Both the position numbers and the translations under genes were made by a program. The notes under the pieces are model-generated. The model did not search any database, was not told the DNA's origin, and worked only from the letters and a program-made list of their open reading frames with translations. From the NCBI GenBank assembly GCA_963793695.1, contig CAWCBB010000016.1, positions 268,603 to 332,602 on the forward strand: a stretch of 64,000 bases of DNA, given 5' to 3'. Source of the stretch: an uncultured Acidobacteriota bacterium. Lineage in GTDB: Bacteria; Acidobacteriota; Thermoanaerobaculia; Gp7-AA8. Shown here in pieces: positions 9,448 to 19,937 of the stretch (its first letter is position 1; the number at the start of each line of letters is the position of its first letter).

Positions 9448-11772
9448 ATGAGATACGCGAGCCATGTCGTCCGGTCCTCCGTCGCCCTGCTTCTCGTTCT
9501 CCTCGTTTCCGCGTGCGCGACCGTGCGGCCCGTCACCGGGAAGCTCGATCGCCCGTCGCTGGACGCGATCGATGCCGCCATCGAGCGCGCGATCGCCGCC
9601 GGAAACACCATCGGAGGCGTCTTCTTCATGGAGAGCGGCGGGGAACGCTACGGCCGCACCTTCGGGCTCGGCGCCGTCGAGCCGCGGCGCGAGCCGGTTC
9701 GCTACGACAACATTTACGACATGGCCTCGGTGACCAAAGTCGCCGCGACCGCGCCCTCGATCATGATCCTCGTCGAGCGGGGAAAGATCGCGATCGACGC
9801 GCCCGTCAGGACGTACATCCCGGAGATGGCGGATCCCGACATCACGATCCGCCATCTGCTGACTCATACCTCGGGGCTGAAGGCAGGACTTTCCCTCGCC
9901 GATCCCTGGTCCGGGTACGACGAAGGGATCCGGCGCGCGGCCGCCGAGATCCCGACGAACCGTCCCGGATACATCTTCCGCTACAGCGACATCAACTTCA
10001 TTCTCCTCGGCGAAGTCGTTCGCAGGGTCTCGGGCATACCGCTCAACGAGTTCGCGCGGACGGAGATCTACGGGCCGCTCAGGATGAAAGACACCGGCTT
10101 TCTCCCTCCGCGCGCGAAGCTCGCCAGGATCGCGCCGACCGAGCGGTCCGAAAAAGAGGGGATGCTCCACGGCGTCGTGCACGATCCGACGTCCCGCCGG
10201 ATGGGCGGCGTCGCCGGCCATGCGGGCCTCTTCTCCACCGTCGACGACCTTCGCAGGTACGTCGGGATGATCCTCGGCGGGGGAGAGCTCGACGGCGTTC
10301 GAGTCATGCGCCCCGAGACCGTCCAGCTCATGACCAGCGACGGGTCGCCCGCCAACGTGGCGCCGCGCCGCAGCCTCGGGTGGGACATGGAGACGATGTA
10401 CTCCCGGCTGCGCGGCGATTTTCCATTCGGCTCGTTCGGACATACGGGGTACACGGGTCCGACCCTCTGGATCGATCCCGCCTCGCGGACGTTCTACATG
10501 TTCCTGACCAACCGGGTGCATCCCGATGGGAAGGGGAACATCAACGAGCTGCGGGCGGAGATGGGACGCCTCGCTTCGCACGCGGTCATCGGCGCGGATT
10601 ATGGGGAGGACACGCGGCCCAAACGGATCGTGCCCATGGGCGGCGGGTCCGCGAGGAACGGCATCGACGTCGTCATGGCGGAGGACTACCGCCTGTTGAA
10701 GGGAAAGAGGATCGGGCTCATCACCAACCACACCGGACGGGACGGGAACGGCAATCTGACGATCGACATTCTCCGGAGCGCGCCGGGGATCGATTTGGTC
10801 GCGCTCTTCAGTCCCGAGCACGGGATTCGCGGCGAACAGGACGAGAAGATCTCCGACACGACCGACGCGGTCAGTGGGCTTCCGGTTTACAGCCTCTACG
10901 GGGAGCGGCGGGCGCCTTCGCCCGAGCAGCTGCGCGGGCTCGATGCGCTCGTCTTCGACATTCAGGACATCGGCGCCCGCTTCTACACGTACACCTCGAC
11001 GATGGGGCTCTCGATGGACGCCGCCGCGAAGGCGGGGGTGAAATTCATCGTGCTCGATCGGGTCAATCCGATCGGCGGCGCTCTCGTCGAAGGTCCGGCC
11101 GACGTCACGGATGAGAGCTTCACGGCGTGGCATCCGATCGCGATCCGCCACGGGATGACCGAGGGAGAGCTGGCGCGGATGTTCAACGACGAGCGGAAGA
11201 TCGGAGCGGATCTCGAGGTCGTGCAGGTGCGCAACTGGACTCGCGAGCGCTGGTACGACCAGACCGGGCTTCCCTGGGTGAACACCTCGCCGAACATCCG
11301 GAACCTGACGGCCGCGACGCTCTATCCGGGCGTGTGCATTCTCGAGCGGACGAAACTCTCGATGGGGCGGGGGACCCCGATCCCCTTCGAATGGGTCGGC
11401 GCGCCGTGGATCGACGGAGAGGTGCTCGCGCGCGAGCTGAACGCCGCGGCTCCCGGCGGCGTGCGGTTCCATCCGATGGCGCAGACGCCGAACGCCAGCC
11501 TCTATACGGGCGAGAGCTGCGGCGGCGTGAGGATCGAGCTCCTCGACCGCGACCGGCTCAACGCGCTCGAGCTCGGCGCCGTTCTCGCGACGACGCTCTA
11601 CCGCCTCTATCCGGCGCAGCTCGAGGTCGAGAAGATCAATGTCCTCCTCCAGCATCCGGCGACGATCGACGCGATCAAACGGGGCGATCCCGCCGAAGCG
11701 ATCCAGCGCCTCTGGGCGCCGTCGCTCGAGAGCTTCCTCGAACGGAGGGCGAAGTACCTGATCTACGAGTGA
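9448..11772 (+). CDS. Lipoprotein: serine hydrolase (beta-lactamase fold) fused to DUF1343 exo-beta-N-acetylmuramidase (NamZ-like)
   Basis: Lipobox LVSAC; SxxK (ASVTK), LLTHTSGL, YSD, GHTGYTG; then NGID, GLITNHTG, FSPEHG, FDIQDIGARFYTY. Start set at 9448 because TATGAT overlaps the 9436 ATG. Confidence 0.88.
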   Translation: MRYASHVVRSSVALLLVLLVSACATVRPVTGKLDRPSLDAIDAAIERAIAAGNTIGGVFFMESGGERYGRTFGLGAVEPRREPVRYDNIYDMASVTKVAATAPSIMILVERGKIAIDAPVRTYIPEMADPDITIRHLLTHTSGLKAGLSLADPWSGYDEGIRRAAAEIPTNRPGYIFRYSDINFILLGEVVRRVSGIPLNEFARTEIYGPLRMKDTGFLPPRAKLARIAPTERSEKEGMLHGVVHDPTSRRMGGVAGHAGLFSTVDDLRRYVGMILGGGELDGVRVMRPETVQLMTSDGSPANVAPRRSLGWDMETMYSRLRGDFPFGSFGHTGYTGPTLWIDPASRTFYMFLTNRVHPDGKGNINELRAEMGRLASHAVIGADYGEDTRPKRIVPMGGGSARNGIDVVMAEDYRLLKGKRIGLITNHTGRDGNGNLTIDILRSAPGIDLVALFSPEHGIRGEQDEKISDTTDAVSGLPVYSLYGERRAPSPEQLRGLDALVFDIQDIGARFYTYTSTMGLSMDAAAKAGVKFIVLDRVNPIGGALVEGPADVTDESFTAWHPIAIRHGMTEGELARMFNDERKIGADLEVVQVRNWTRERWYDQTGLPWVNTSPNIRNLTAATLYPGVCILERTKLSMGRGTPIPFEWVGAPWIDGEVLARELNAAAPGGVRFHPMAQTPNASLYTGESCGGVRIELLDRDRLNALELGAVLATTLYRLYPAQLEVEKINVLLQHPATIDAIKRGDPAEAIQRLWAPSLESFLERRAKYLIYE

Positions 11773-11775
11773 GGC

Positions 11776-11882
11776 GCGTCTGCGCGTCTCGCGCGTCCGC
11801 AGCGTGTGAGCGCCTGTCGATCCAATGCGTCGGCGCCTCGAGCGCCCAAGACGCCCCAGACGCTCAAGACGCCCCAGACGCT
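11776..11882. repeat. Inverted pair of 8/9-mer arrays (GCGTCTG-like and CAGACGC-like) including a perfect 18-mer duplication
   Basis: gcgtctgc gcgtctcgc gcgtccgca at 11776-11801; (CAAGACGCCCCAGACGCT)x2 at 11847-11882. Confidence 0.6.
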
Positions 11883-11883
11883 T

Positions 11884-12672
11884 ATGTGCGTGATCTATCT
11901 CGCGTTCCTCTCCCACTCTCGGTACCGCCTCATCGTGGCGGCGAACCGCGACGAGTTTCATGACCGGCCGACGGCGGCGATGGAGGAGTGGGAGGACGAG
12001 CCAGGCCTCATCGGCGGGCGCGATCTGTGGGGCGGCGGCACGTGGATGGGCGTGCACGCGAGCGGCCGTTTCGCCGCGCTGACGAATTTCAGGGAGCCCC
12101 TGCCGCTCGTGCCGGATGCGCCAAGCCGCGGGAGCCTCGTCGCCTCCTATCTCGCCCAGGGAGGGGAGCCGCGCCGCTGGCTCGACTCGCTCGCGCCCGG
12201 CGCCGCGATGTTCGCCGGATTCAGCCTCTTCGTGAGCGACTTCCGGCAGGTGGGACATTATTCGAACCGGGGCGGGCACGTCTCGCTCCTCGAGCCGGGG
12301 ATCTACGGGATCAGCAATGGTCTGATGGGCGATCCATGGCCGAAGGTGGTGCGGGGACGCGAACGGTTCGCGAGCGCGGTCGCCGCCGGCCCGCGCGCGG
12401 ACCTCGTCGCGCCCCTGCTGGAGGTCCTCTCCGATTCGAAATCGGCCGACGACGACGCGCTCCCCACGACCGGCATCGGCATCGAGCGGGAGCGGATGCT
12501 CTCGCCGATCTTCATCCGGGGAGAGGACTACGGAACCCGCTCCTCGTCGGTGATTCTCATCGGGGACGCCGGAGAGTGCGTTTTCGTGGAGCGGTCGTTC
12601 GGCCCGGGCGGGGTGGAGCGGGAGACCCGGGAGAAACGCTTCGAGCTCGTCGACGCAGGCGGAAGGAAGTAG
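11884..12672 (+). CDS. NRDE/TANGO2 family protein
   Basis: N-terminal MC, ANRDEFHDRPT, GGTWMG, ALTN, SRG, YGTRSS. Confidence 0.92.
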   Translation: MCVIYLAFLSHSRYRLIVAANRDEFHDRPTAAMEEWEDEPGLIGGRDLWGGGTWMGVHASGRFAALTNFREPLPLVPDAPSRGSLVASYLAQGGEPRRWLDSLAPGAAMFAGFSLFVSDFRQVGHYSNRGGHVSLLEPGIYGISNGLMGDPWPKVVRGRERFASAVAAGPRADLVAPLLEVLSDSKSADDDALPTTGIGIERERMLSPIFIRGEDYGTRSSSVILIGDAGECVFVERSFGPGGVERETREKRFELVDAGGRK

Positions 12673-12755
12673 CGTTCGATCTCGTCCTTCGCGCGACACG
12701 GGCGCATCATGGAAGCCGCAGCACCTGCCCCGGCCTGATCATCGCGTTCTGTTCG

Positions 12756-12792
12756 AAAAAAAGAGCCCCGAGGTCCTTCGCACCTCGGGGCC
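12756..12792 (-). terminator. Rho-independent terminator on the minus strand
   Basis: Minus strand GGCCCCGAGGT-gcgaagg-ACCTCGGGGC-TCTTTTTTT. Confidence 0.8.
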
Positions 12793-12958
12793 ATTCTCGG
12801 TTCGTTAACATCCGCGAAGGAGCATCCGAACCGCCTCTCCGTCGGAGCCATCGCCTCACGACGTTTTCGCCGGACGGTTGGCAGCGCGCGATGGCGCATT
12901 CCATCCAAGCGACGATCAATCTAGGTTCGCTCCTCTCGTTCGGCAAGGGGAGGTCCGC
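12756..12958 (-). ncRNA. Candidate structured ncRNA of about 200 nt, possibly 6S RNA
   Basis: TATGAT -10 box (12964-12969, minus strand), long irregular hairpin, own terminator, no credible ORF. Confidence 0.45.
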
Positions 12959-13140
12959 AACTCATCATAGTTTCATCGCGGTTACAGGGTTTCGGGTGGA
13001 AAACACGGCGTGCCCCGAGGCGCGGACCGGGCTTCCGCGACGGACGACACGGGAGCCGGAGAAACGGCTGTGATAGCCTCGACCGAGGCAGCGCCGGCTC
13101 GTCACAGAATGCCCCGGAGCCGGGCCCAGGAGGTAGTTGC

Positions 13141-14338
13141 GTGGCTGTCAAGGGAACCATCGCCATCCTCACCGGTGGCGGCGACGTGCCGGGACTCAAT
13201 CCGGCGATCCGCTCGATCACGATCCGCGCGGTGCGCGAAGGATATCGCGTGCTCGGGATCCGCCGCGGCTGGGCGGGCCTCGTCGACCTGCTGCCGGAGA
13301 AGGACGCCGACAACAGCGAGAACATTCAGGTGCTCAGCGAAGACATCGTCAATCGTGCCGGCCGGACCGGCGGCACGTTTCTCCACACCTCGCGCACCCG
13401 GCCGAGCCATCTGCCGAAGGCGGTCGTTCCGCTCCATCTTCGCGACAAGTACGAAAACGACATCAACGACATCACTCCCGACGTGCTCGGCAACATCGAA
13501 CGCCTCGGAATCGACTATCTGATCCCGATCGGCGGGGACGACACGCTCAGCTACGGCGCGCGGCTCCACAAGGAAGGGGTCAAGGTCATCGCCATTCCGA
13601 AGACGATGGACAACGACGTCCCCGGGACGGACTACTGCATCGGCTTCAGCACGTGCGTCACCCGCACGATCGAGCTCGCGCATCGCCTGCGCACGACGGC
13701 GGGATCGCACGAGCGCTTTCTCGTGATCGAGGTGTTCGGCCGCTACGCAGGGTTCACCGCGCTCCTGCCGACCATGGCCGGCGCCGCCGACCGTTGCGTG
13801 ATTCCCGAGCACGCGTTCGACATCGAGCAGCTGACCGAGCTCCTCATCTACGACCGCAACCGCCATCCGAGCCGGTACAGCGTCGTCCTCGTTTCCGAGG
13901 GCGCCCGGATGATCGATCAGACGGAGCTGTCGTACGAAGGAGGAGAGTCGGATCAGTACGGCCACCGGAAGCTCGGCGGGATCGGCGACAAGATCGCCGA
14001 ACGGCTCAAGGATCTCTCAGCGAAGTTCAACGGCGGCCGCCGCGTCAACGTCGTCAACCAGCGGCTCGGATACATGGTGCGCTCCGGGGAGCCCGACGCT
14101 CTCGACTCCATCGTCCCGATGGCGTACGGCAACCTCGCGCTCGACCTCGTCATGAAGGGGGTGACCGGGCAGGCTCGTCAACGTCCGCAACGGCGTCTAC
14201 GACAACGTTCCGATCGACGTCGTCGCCGGGAGCCGCAAGAAGGTCGTCGACGTCTCGCAGCACTACAACACCGAGCGGCTCCGGCCGATCTACAACTTCC
14301 ACCGCCAGCCGATCTTCATCATGACGAGCGACGTGTAA
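13141..14338 (+). CDS. pfkA: 6-phosphofructokinase, PPi-dependent signature; frameshift near 14175
   Basis: TGGGDVPGLN, GGTFLHTSR, GGDDT, PKTMDND, EVFGRYAG; C-terminus NVRNGVYDNVP...FIMTSDV in a shifted frame. Confidence 0.9.
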
Positions 14339-15580
14339 TAAAGGGTGATTCCTGCGTTTCTTCAGAAATGCGTCCACCGCGATCGCGGCGAGAAGGAGCA
14401 GGACCGGCTCGAGGGACGCGGTTCGGAAGCGGCTCACGACCTGGAAGGGGACGTGCGCGAGCCAGAACGTCGCGATCCACGCGACGAGCAGCAGCGAGGT
14501 GGAGCGGTCGGATCTCCATAGCACAGCGATCCCGCCGAGCGCGAGCGCGTAGAGGGCGACGTTGAATGCCGCGCTCCCCCAGACCACCTTCGGCGGGTAC
14601 TCGAACCGGTTGAGCGACGGCTGCCAGAAGTCCGCGGCCTTCCAGACCGTGTAGCGCGCGAAGAGTCCCGGGTCGGAGCGGGCGAGTCCGATCGCGCGCC
14701 GTCTCCACTCCGCGCTCCTCTTCATCGGCGTGCGCGCGGCCGATTCGACCGACGCCGCTTCCCGCGGCGAGATCTCGAGCTCGAACTCGAGGCTGCGCGC
14801 GCGGTACTCCTCTAGGCTCTCCGTGGTGAGAGCCCCGTAGAGCGCCGGGTGCGAGCCTCGCCAGAGGTTGTAGCCGCCCGCGTCGTTCACCAGGATCAGC
14901 TCTCCATGTTTCCGCGCCATGAACGCCGTCCACGGAGCGAGGGCGGCGGCCGCTCCGGCTGCGACGAGCAGGGCCGCGGCGAGCCTCCGGCGGAACGGCA
15001 GGCGCCGCGCGAGCGACGCGGCCGCGAAGAACGCGATCGCGACGAGACCCACCGGCCGGATCAGAGCCGCCATCGCCGCGGCCGCGCCCGCGGCGAAGAA
15101 GAGCGAGTCGCGAGCGGCGCGCCGTGCGAGCACGAATGAGGCGAGCGACGCGGTCAGCATGACCGTGAAGAGCGGCTCGGATCGGATGTCGGTCGTCTGG
15201 TAGATGAGCCCGGGATGGAGGGCGGCCGCGAGGGCCGCCAGGAGCGCGACGGACGGACGGCCCGTCACGGCGAGAGCGAGGCTGAAGACCAGAAGCGGCA
15301 GGAGCGAGTCCACGAGCGCAATCGCGAGCTTTGCTCTCAGGACCCGTTCGGGCCGGCACCCCGTCGCGATCGCGAGGAACGACGGCAGGCCCGGCGCGCG
15401 GAAGAACGGAAGGTTGCCCCGGCTCGGGTAATCCCCCTCCGTGCAGATCGTCCTCGCGGCCGCCAGGTAGTCGGGCGCGTCGCCGAAACCGATCTCGCCA
15501 CCCCCCGTCACGAGAATGGCCACGGCCCGCAGGAGGAACGCGACCATGAAAATCGCCGCCAGGATCGTGGGACGTCTCAA
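14150..15580 (-). CDS. ArnT/PMT-like (GT-C, GT39/83-type) membrane glycosyltransferase; 3' end uncertain
   Basis: Polytopic; GDAPDYL, FRAPGLP, IRSEPLF, LIRP, PWTAFM, SRFR motifs; TTG start 7 nt after TACAAT. Confidence 0.75.
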   Translation of the reverse strand: MRRPTILAAIFMVAFLLRAVAILVTGGGEIGFGDAPDYLAAARTICTEGDYPSRGNLPFFRAPGLPSFLAIATGCRPERVLRAKLAIALVDSLLPLLVFSLALAVTGRPSVALLAALAAALHPGLIYQTTDIRSEPLFTVMLTASLASFVLARRAARDSLFFAAGAAAAMAALIRPVGLVAIAFFAAASLARRLPFRRRLAAALLVAAGAAAALAPWTAFMARKHGELILVNDAGGYNLWRGSHPALYGALTTESLEEYRARSLEFELEISPREAASVESAARTPMKRSAEWRRRAIGLARSDPGLFARYTVWKAADFWQPSLNRFEYPPKVVWGSAAFNVALYALALGGIAVLWRSDRSTSLLLVAWIATFWLAHVPFQVVSRFRTASLEPVLLLLAAIAVDAFLKKRRNHPLLHVARHDEDRLAVEVVDRPEPLGVVVLRDVDDLLAAPGDDVDRNVVVDAVADVDEPARSPPS

Positions 15581-15610
15581 GGCTCCGATTGTATCCGCGC
15601 GCGCGGCGCC

Positions 15611-18600
15611 CTACGGCATGAGAAGCCCGATCTCCCTCTTCCGCACCGCTTCGCGATAGGCGGGCAGCTCATCCGCGAAGAATCGATCCACCTCCGCCAC
15701 CGCCCGATCGAGGATCTGCTCGGCCTCGGCCAGGTACTGGAGCTGCGCCGGTGTCGGGGCGTCCCACGACGAGCCGAGGGACGAGAGGACGCGCGAGATC
15801 CGGGAGAGCGCGACGCTCGAGTCGTCCACGATCCCCGCCGTCTTCGGAGGAATCCAGAGCATGCGCTCGATCGTCTCGAGCTTCTTCTTCAGCTCCCCGC
15901 TCTGGCGGGCGAGCGGATCGGGCTCCTTCGGCGCGTCTCCCGCCTTCCGCGCCTGCTCCTCGTCCGCGCGGATGCGCGCCGCGATCGCGTCGAGGTCGTT
16001 CTTCGCGCGCGTCACCCTGGCGATCGCCGCGGTCGCCCGCTCCTGCAGCGCCCCCGCGCGCATCGTGGTCGCCTGTTTCTCGAGCCGCGCTTCGATCGGG
16101 ATCGAGAAGCGGGGGTCGGAGACCACGCGCACCGTGCGCGAAGCCTGCTGGTCCTTGTATTTCACCGTGACCGTGTACGTTCCCGGGAGGACCTCCGGGC
16201 CCGACCGCTCGCCGCGGAACGCGTCCCGCTCGCGCGGCGGCTCCTTGAACGGGTCGCGGCGGAGGTTCCAGGCGGCGCGGTTGATGCCGCGCACCGCGGG
16301 CGCCTTGAACGTCCGGATGATCGCGCCCGATTCGTCCGTGACGGTGATGTCGACCTGGGGTCCTTTCTCCGCCTCGCCGGCACGCCCGGCCCCGTCCGAC
16401 GGCGGCTGCGCCTTTTCCCCCTCGGGTCCCTTCGGGAGCGTTTCGATCTCCTGCGGGACTCCCTCGCTGGTGACCGGCAGGGCCTTCTGTTCGGCCTGGC
16501 GGAGCTTTTCCTTCCGCTCCCGCTCCTTCTCCTCGATCGGGTGCGGAAGGTCGTCGAAGGCGAGCGCGTAGGTCAGCAGCGCGCCGTAGGGGCGGTTCTC
16601 GCCGCGGAACTCCTGTCGCCCGGCGAAGCGCTCGCCGCCGGTCTGCGCGACGCGGTACTGCTGCGCGTCGGCGATCTCGAAGAGATGCAGCGGCCTGGCC
16701 GAGAACGTCGCGCGGTGAGATCCCGCAGCGGCCGGACGTCGTCGATGATGTACGCGGCGCGCCCGTGCGTGCCGATCGACGAGGTCGTGATCGCGCGGAT
16801 GGACCGTCAGAGCCATCGACCGAGACCGTCGGGAAGCCGTGACGGAAGCGGAGCCACTGCTTCCCGCCGTCGAGCGAGATCCAGAGGCCGAACTCGGTGC
16901 CGAGGAAGAGGAGGTCGGGATCGACGGGGTCCTGCTCGATCGCGAGGGCGTAGCCGCGAACGTCCTTCGTCGCGAGGCTCGTCCAGCGTGCTGGCCGAAG
17001 TCGTCGGTGCGGTAGACGTAGGGCGTCCAGTTCGAGCGGCGGTGGTCGTCGAAGACGGCGAAGGCTGTCGCCGCGTCGAACTTCGAGGGCTCGATGTGCG
17101 GGACCCAGGTGTTCTTCGGAAGACCCTTGATGTTCGCTTCGACGCGACGTCCACTGCGCGCCGCCGTCGCGCGTGACGTGGACGCGCCCGTCGTCCGTGC
17201 CGGCCCAGATCACGCCCTTCTCGACGGCGCTCGGCGCGATCGTGATGATCGTCGTGTAGTTCTCGGCGCCCGTCACGTCGAGCGTGAGGCCGCCGCTCTT
17301 CGCCTGCTTCTGCCACGCGGGGTTGTTCGTCGTCAGGTCGGGGCTGATGATCGTCCAGGTCTCGCCGCGGTCGGTCGAGCGGTGGACGAACTGGCTGCCG
17401 TAGTAGACGGTGCCGGGGTCGAACGGGTCGAGCGCGATCGCGGCGTTCCAGTTGAAGCGGAGCGGAGCTCCCGACGGGCCGGCGCGGGCGGACGTCCTTC
17501 CGCTCGCCGGTCGCGACGGTTCCAGCGCATGAGGTTTCCCTCCTGGCTCATCGAGTAACCCGGTCGTCCGGTCTCGTCGGATCGCGAGCGGTCGCGAATC
17601 CGTCGCCGAAGCCGACCTCCTGCCAGTGGTGGTTGCGGATGCCGCCGTTCTCCCACACCGCGCACGGGCCGCGCCACGAGCCGTTGTCCTGCATGCCGCC
17701 GTAGACGTTGTACGGCGTCTCCATGTCGACCGCGACGTGGTAGTACTGCCCGAGCGGAAGGTTGCCGACGAAGCGCCAGTCGCGCCGCGGTCGCGGCTGA
17801 TCGCAACGCCGCCGTCGTTCCCTTCGAGGATCGTGCGCGGATCGTTCGGGTCGATCCACATCGCGTGGTGGTCGGGGTGGATCTTGTTGTACGGGATCAG
17901 CGTCCGGAAGCGTCTTGCCGCCGTCCTCGGAGACCGCACGATCGTCGCGAGGCTGTAGACGCGGTTCGGGTCCTGCGGGTCGACGCGGATGTCGGCGTAG
18001 TAGAACGGGCGCGGAGTCGACGTCGTTCTCGGCGTTCATCGTCTTCCAGCTCCTGGCCGCCGTCCTCCGAGCGGAGCAGCGCGCTCTTCTCCGCCTCGAC
18101 GAGCGCGTAGACGATCGACGGGTCGGAACGGAGCGAACGCGACGCCGATGCGTCCGAGCTCCCTTTCGGCAGCCCGTCCTCCTCGGTGAGGCGCTTCCAG
18201 CTCGCCGCCGCCGTCGTGCGTGATGAAGAGGCCCGACCCGGGGCCGCCGGAGCGGAAGAACCACGGCCAGCGCCGGTAGTCCCACATCGCCGCGAGGAGC
18301 TTGTTCGGGTTCGACGGGTCGAGCGCGAGGTCGGCGGCGCCGGTGCGCTCGTCGACGTAGAGGACTTTCTTCCAGCTCTTTCCGCCGTCCGTCGGTCCGG
18401 AAGACGCCGCGCTCGGCGTTCTCGCCCCACGCCGCGGCCCAGCGCGGCGACCCACGCCGTGTTCGGGTCGCGGGGATGGAGGAGGATCCGGTGGATCCGC
18501 TCCGTCCCGTCGAGGCCCGACGTGCGTCCAGGTGCGCCCGCCGTCGATCGAGCGGTAGACGCCGTTGCCGACCGAGGCGCTGTTGCGGACGTTCCCTTCG

Positions 18601-18918
18601 CCCGTGCCGACCCAGACGATGTCGGGGTTCTGCTGGTCGATCGCGATCGCGCCGATCGCGGCGACCGGCTGGTCGTCGAAGACCGGCTCCAGGTGAGCCC
18701 GCCGTCGACGGACTTCCAGACGCCGCCCGTGGCCGCGCCGACATAGATGACGTCGGGATCCGACGCGACGGCGTCGATCGCGGCGACGCGGCCGCTCATC
18801 GTCGCCGGCCCGATCGAGCGGGCCTTCAGCCCCGCGAGCAGGTCGGGGTCGATCTGCGCGAAAGAGAGGAGGAGAGGCGAGAAGGAGAAGCCGCGGCGCG
18901 CGCGAGCGTACGCTTCAT
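15611..18918 (-). CDS. Secreted BNR/Asp-box (VPS10/sortilin-like) beta-propeller protein, putative glycosyl hydrolase; heavily frameshifted
   Basis: RSIGPATMSGRV, GAATGGVWKSVDGGLTW, HRSTDRGETW, SLDGGKQW, GNDGG, YGGMQDNGSW pieces in alternating frames. Confidence 0.8.
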
Positions 18919-18970
18919 CGAAGAATCCCCCGTCGAGCAGACCGAATGGAACGGCCTGCAGCGGAGGATT

Positions 18971-19000
18971 GTAGCGTCTGGGGCGTCCGGGGCGTCGCGT
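18971..19000. repeat. Short 9-mer array after GTAG, same family as the 11.8-kb repeat
   Basis: gtagcgtctggggcgtccggggcgtcgcgtc, reverse complement of GACGCCCCAGACGCT units. Confidence 0.45.
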
Positions 19001-19045
19001 CAAAGAAGAAAGGCGCAGGAGGTGTCGATGCCCCCTGCGCCCCTG

Positions 19046-19084
19046 ACTACTTCCCTCCTACTTCCTACTTCCTACTTACAACTG
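19046..19084. repeat. Heptamer array (CTACTTC)n directly after the CsgG-like gene stop
   Basis: actacttc cctc ctacttc ctacttc ctactta. Confidence 0.65.
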
Positions 19085-19798
19085 TCAGTCCAGCTTGACG
19101 GCCTTCTTGGTCTTCGCGCGGCGGCTCGAGTCCTTCGCGCGGTACTCGCTCATGCAGTCGTCCTGGACGACCATCGCGCACGTGAGGTAGTCGACGATCT
19201 CGAGCGTCACGGCGCGGATCGCCTTTCCCGCCGGAGTGTTCTTGTATTTGTCGAACCCGGCGGCGACGCCGTTCTTCCAGACGCCGACGGCGACGCCGTA
19301 TCCACCCGCCCGCGCTTCGACGGTGCGGGCGTACTCGATCTCGCCGGTGGTCGTGTCGATGACCCGCAGGTCGATCGCGATGTAGGCGTCGTCCTTCTTG
19401 CCTCCGAGGGAGATGCCGCGGTAGCCGATTCCGCCGCCGGATCCCTGCGACTTCTCTTCATACGAGGTGACGGTGGAGACGATCAGGTACTGCGCTCCGG
19501 TGAGCTTTCCGATCTTCGCGCCGGTCGCGGGGGCGACGCGGCCGCTCTCGGCCAGGTCCTGCTCGTCGAGGACGGCGCCGAGCTTCTTCCGCTCGACCAC
19601 CTTGAACTCGCCGGTCGAGGCCAGCTCGCTGGCGAGCATGTCGGCGAGATCTCTCTCGACCCCGCTGTACCACCATCCTGCGGAGGATGTGTTGTTTCGG
19701 AACTCGTTGACGGCTACGACGGGTCTGTCGGCCGCGGCAGCGATCATCGCGGCGGAGAGGCACATCAGCACCAGGATCAGAAGAGTGCGGGATTTCAT
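19085..19798 (-). CDS. CsgG/HfaB-family protein
   Basis: Signal peptide; VAVNEF, FKVVER..L..VLDEQDL, KIGKLTGAQYLI, IDLRVIDTTTGEI. Confidence 0.85.
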   Translation of the reverse strand: MKSRTLLILVLMCLSAAMIAAAADRPVVAVNEFRNNTSSAGWWYSGVERDLADMLASELASTGEFKVVERKKLGAVLDEQDLAESGRVAPATGAKIGKLTGAQYLIVSTVTSYEEKSQGSGGGIGYRGISLGGKKDDAYIAIDLRVIDTTTGEIEYARTVEARAGGYGVAVGVWKNGVAAGFDKYKNTPAGKAIRAVTLEIVDYLTCAMVVQDDCMSEYRAKDSSRRAKTKKAVKLD

Positions 19799-19937
19799 CG
19801 CGGACACCTCGATTCGCAATTTGTGGGGATTGGCCGCGGGCAGTTTACCCCATTCGTGCGCAGGGGCCCGTCACTTCCGGAAAACCATGGGACGCGCCGC
19901 GCGCGCCGCGCCTTTCGTTTAGTGAGAAAATCGCCCC

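Noticed and set aside
8113-12699. 1528-aa minus-strand ORF and other long Arg/Pro/Ala-rich ORFs (e.g. 3530-6187, 37970-40999, 62259-63983)
   Set aside because: Shadow ORFs from high GC, antisense or off-frame to recognisable genes; only their terminal segments match real proteins.
14150-14338. About 190-nt antisense overlap of the pfk and glycosyltransferase 3' ends
   Set aside because: One indel would stop the glycosyltransferase near 14363, and the overlapping tail has no family-like character; probably an error.
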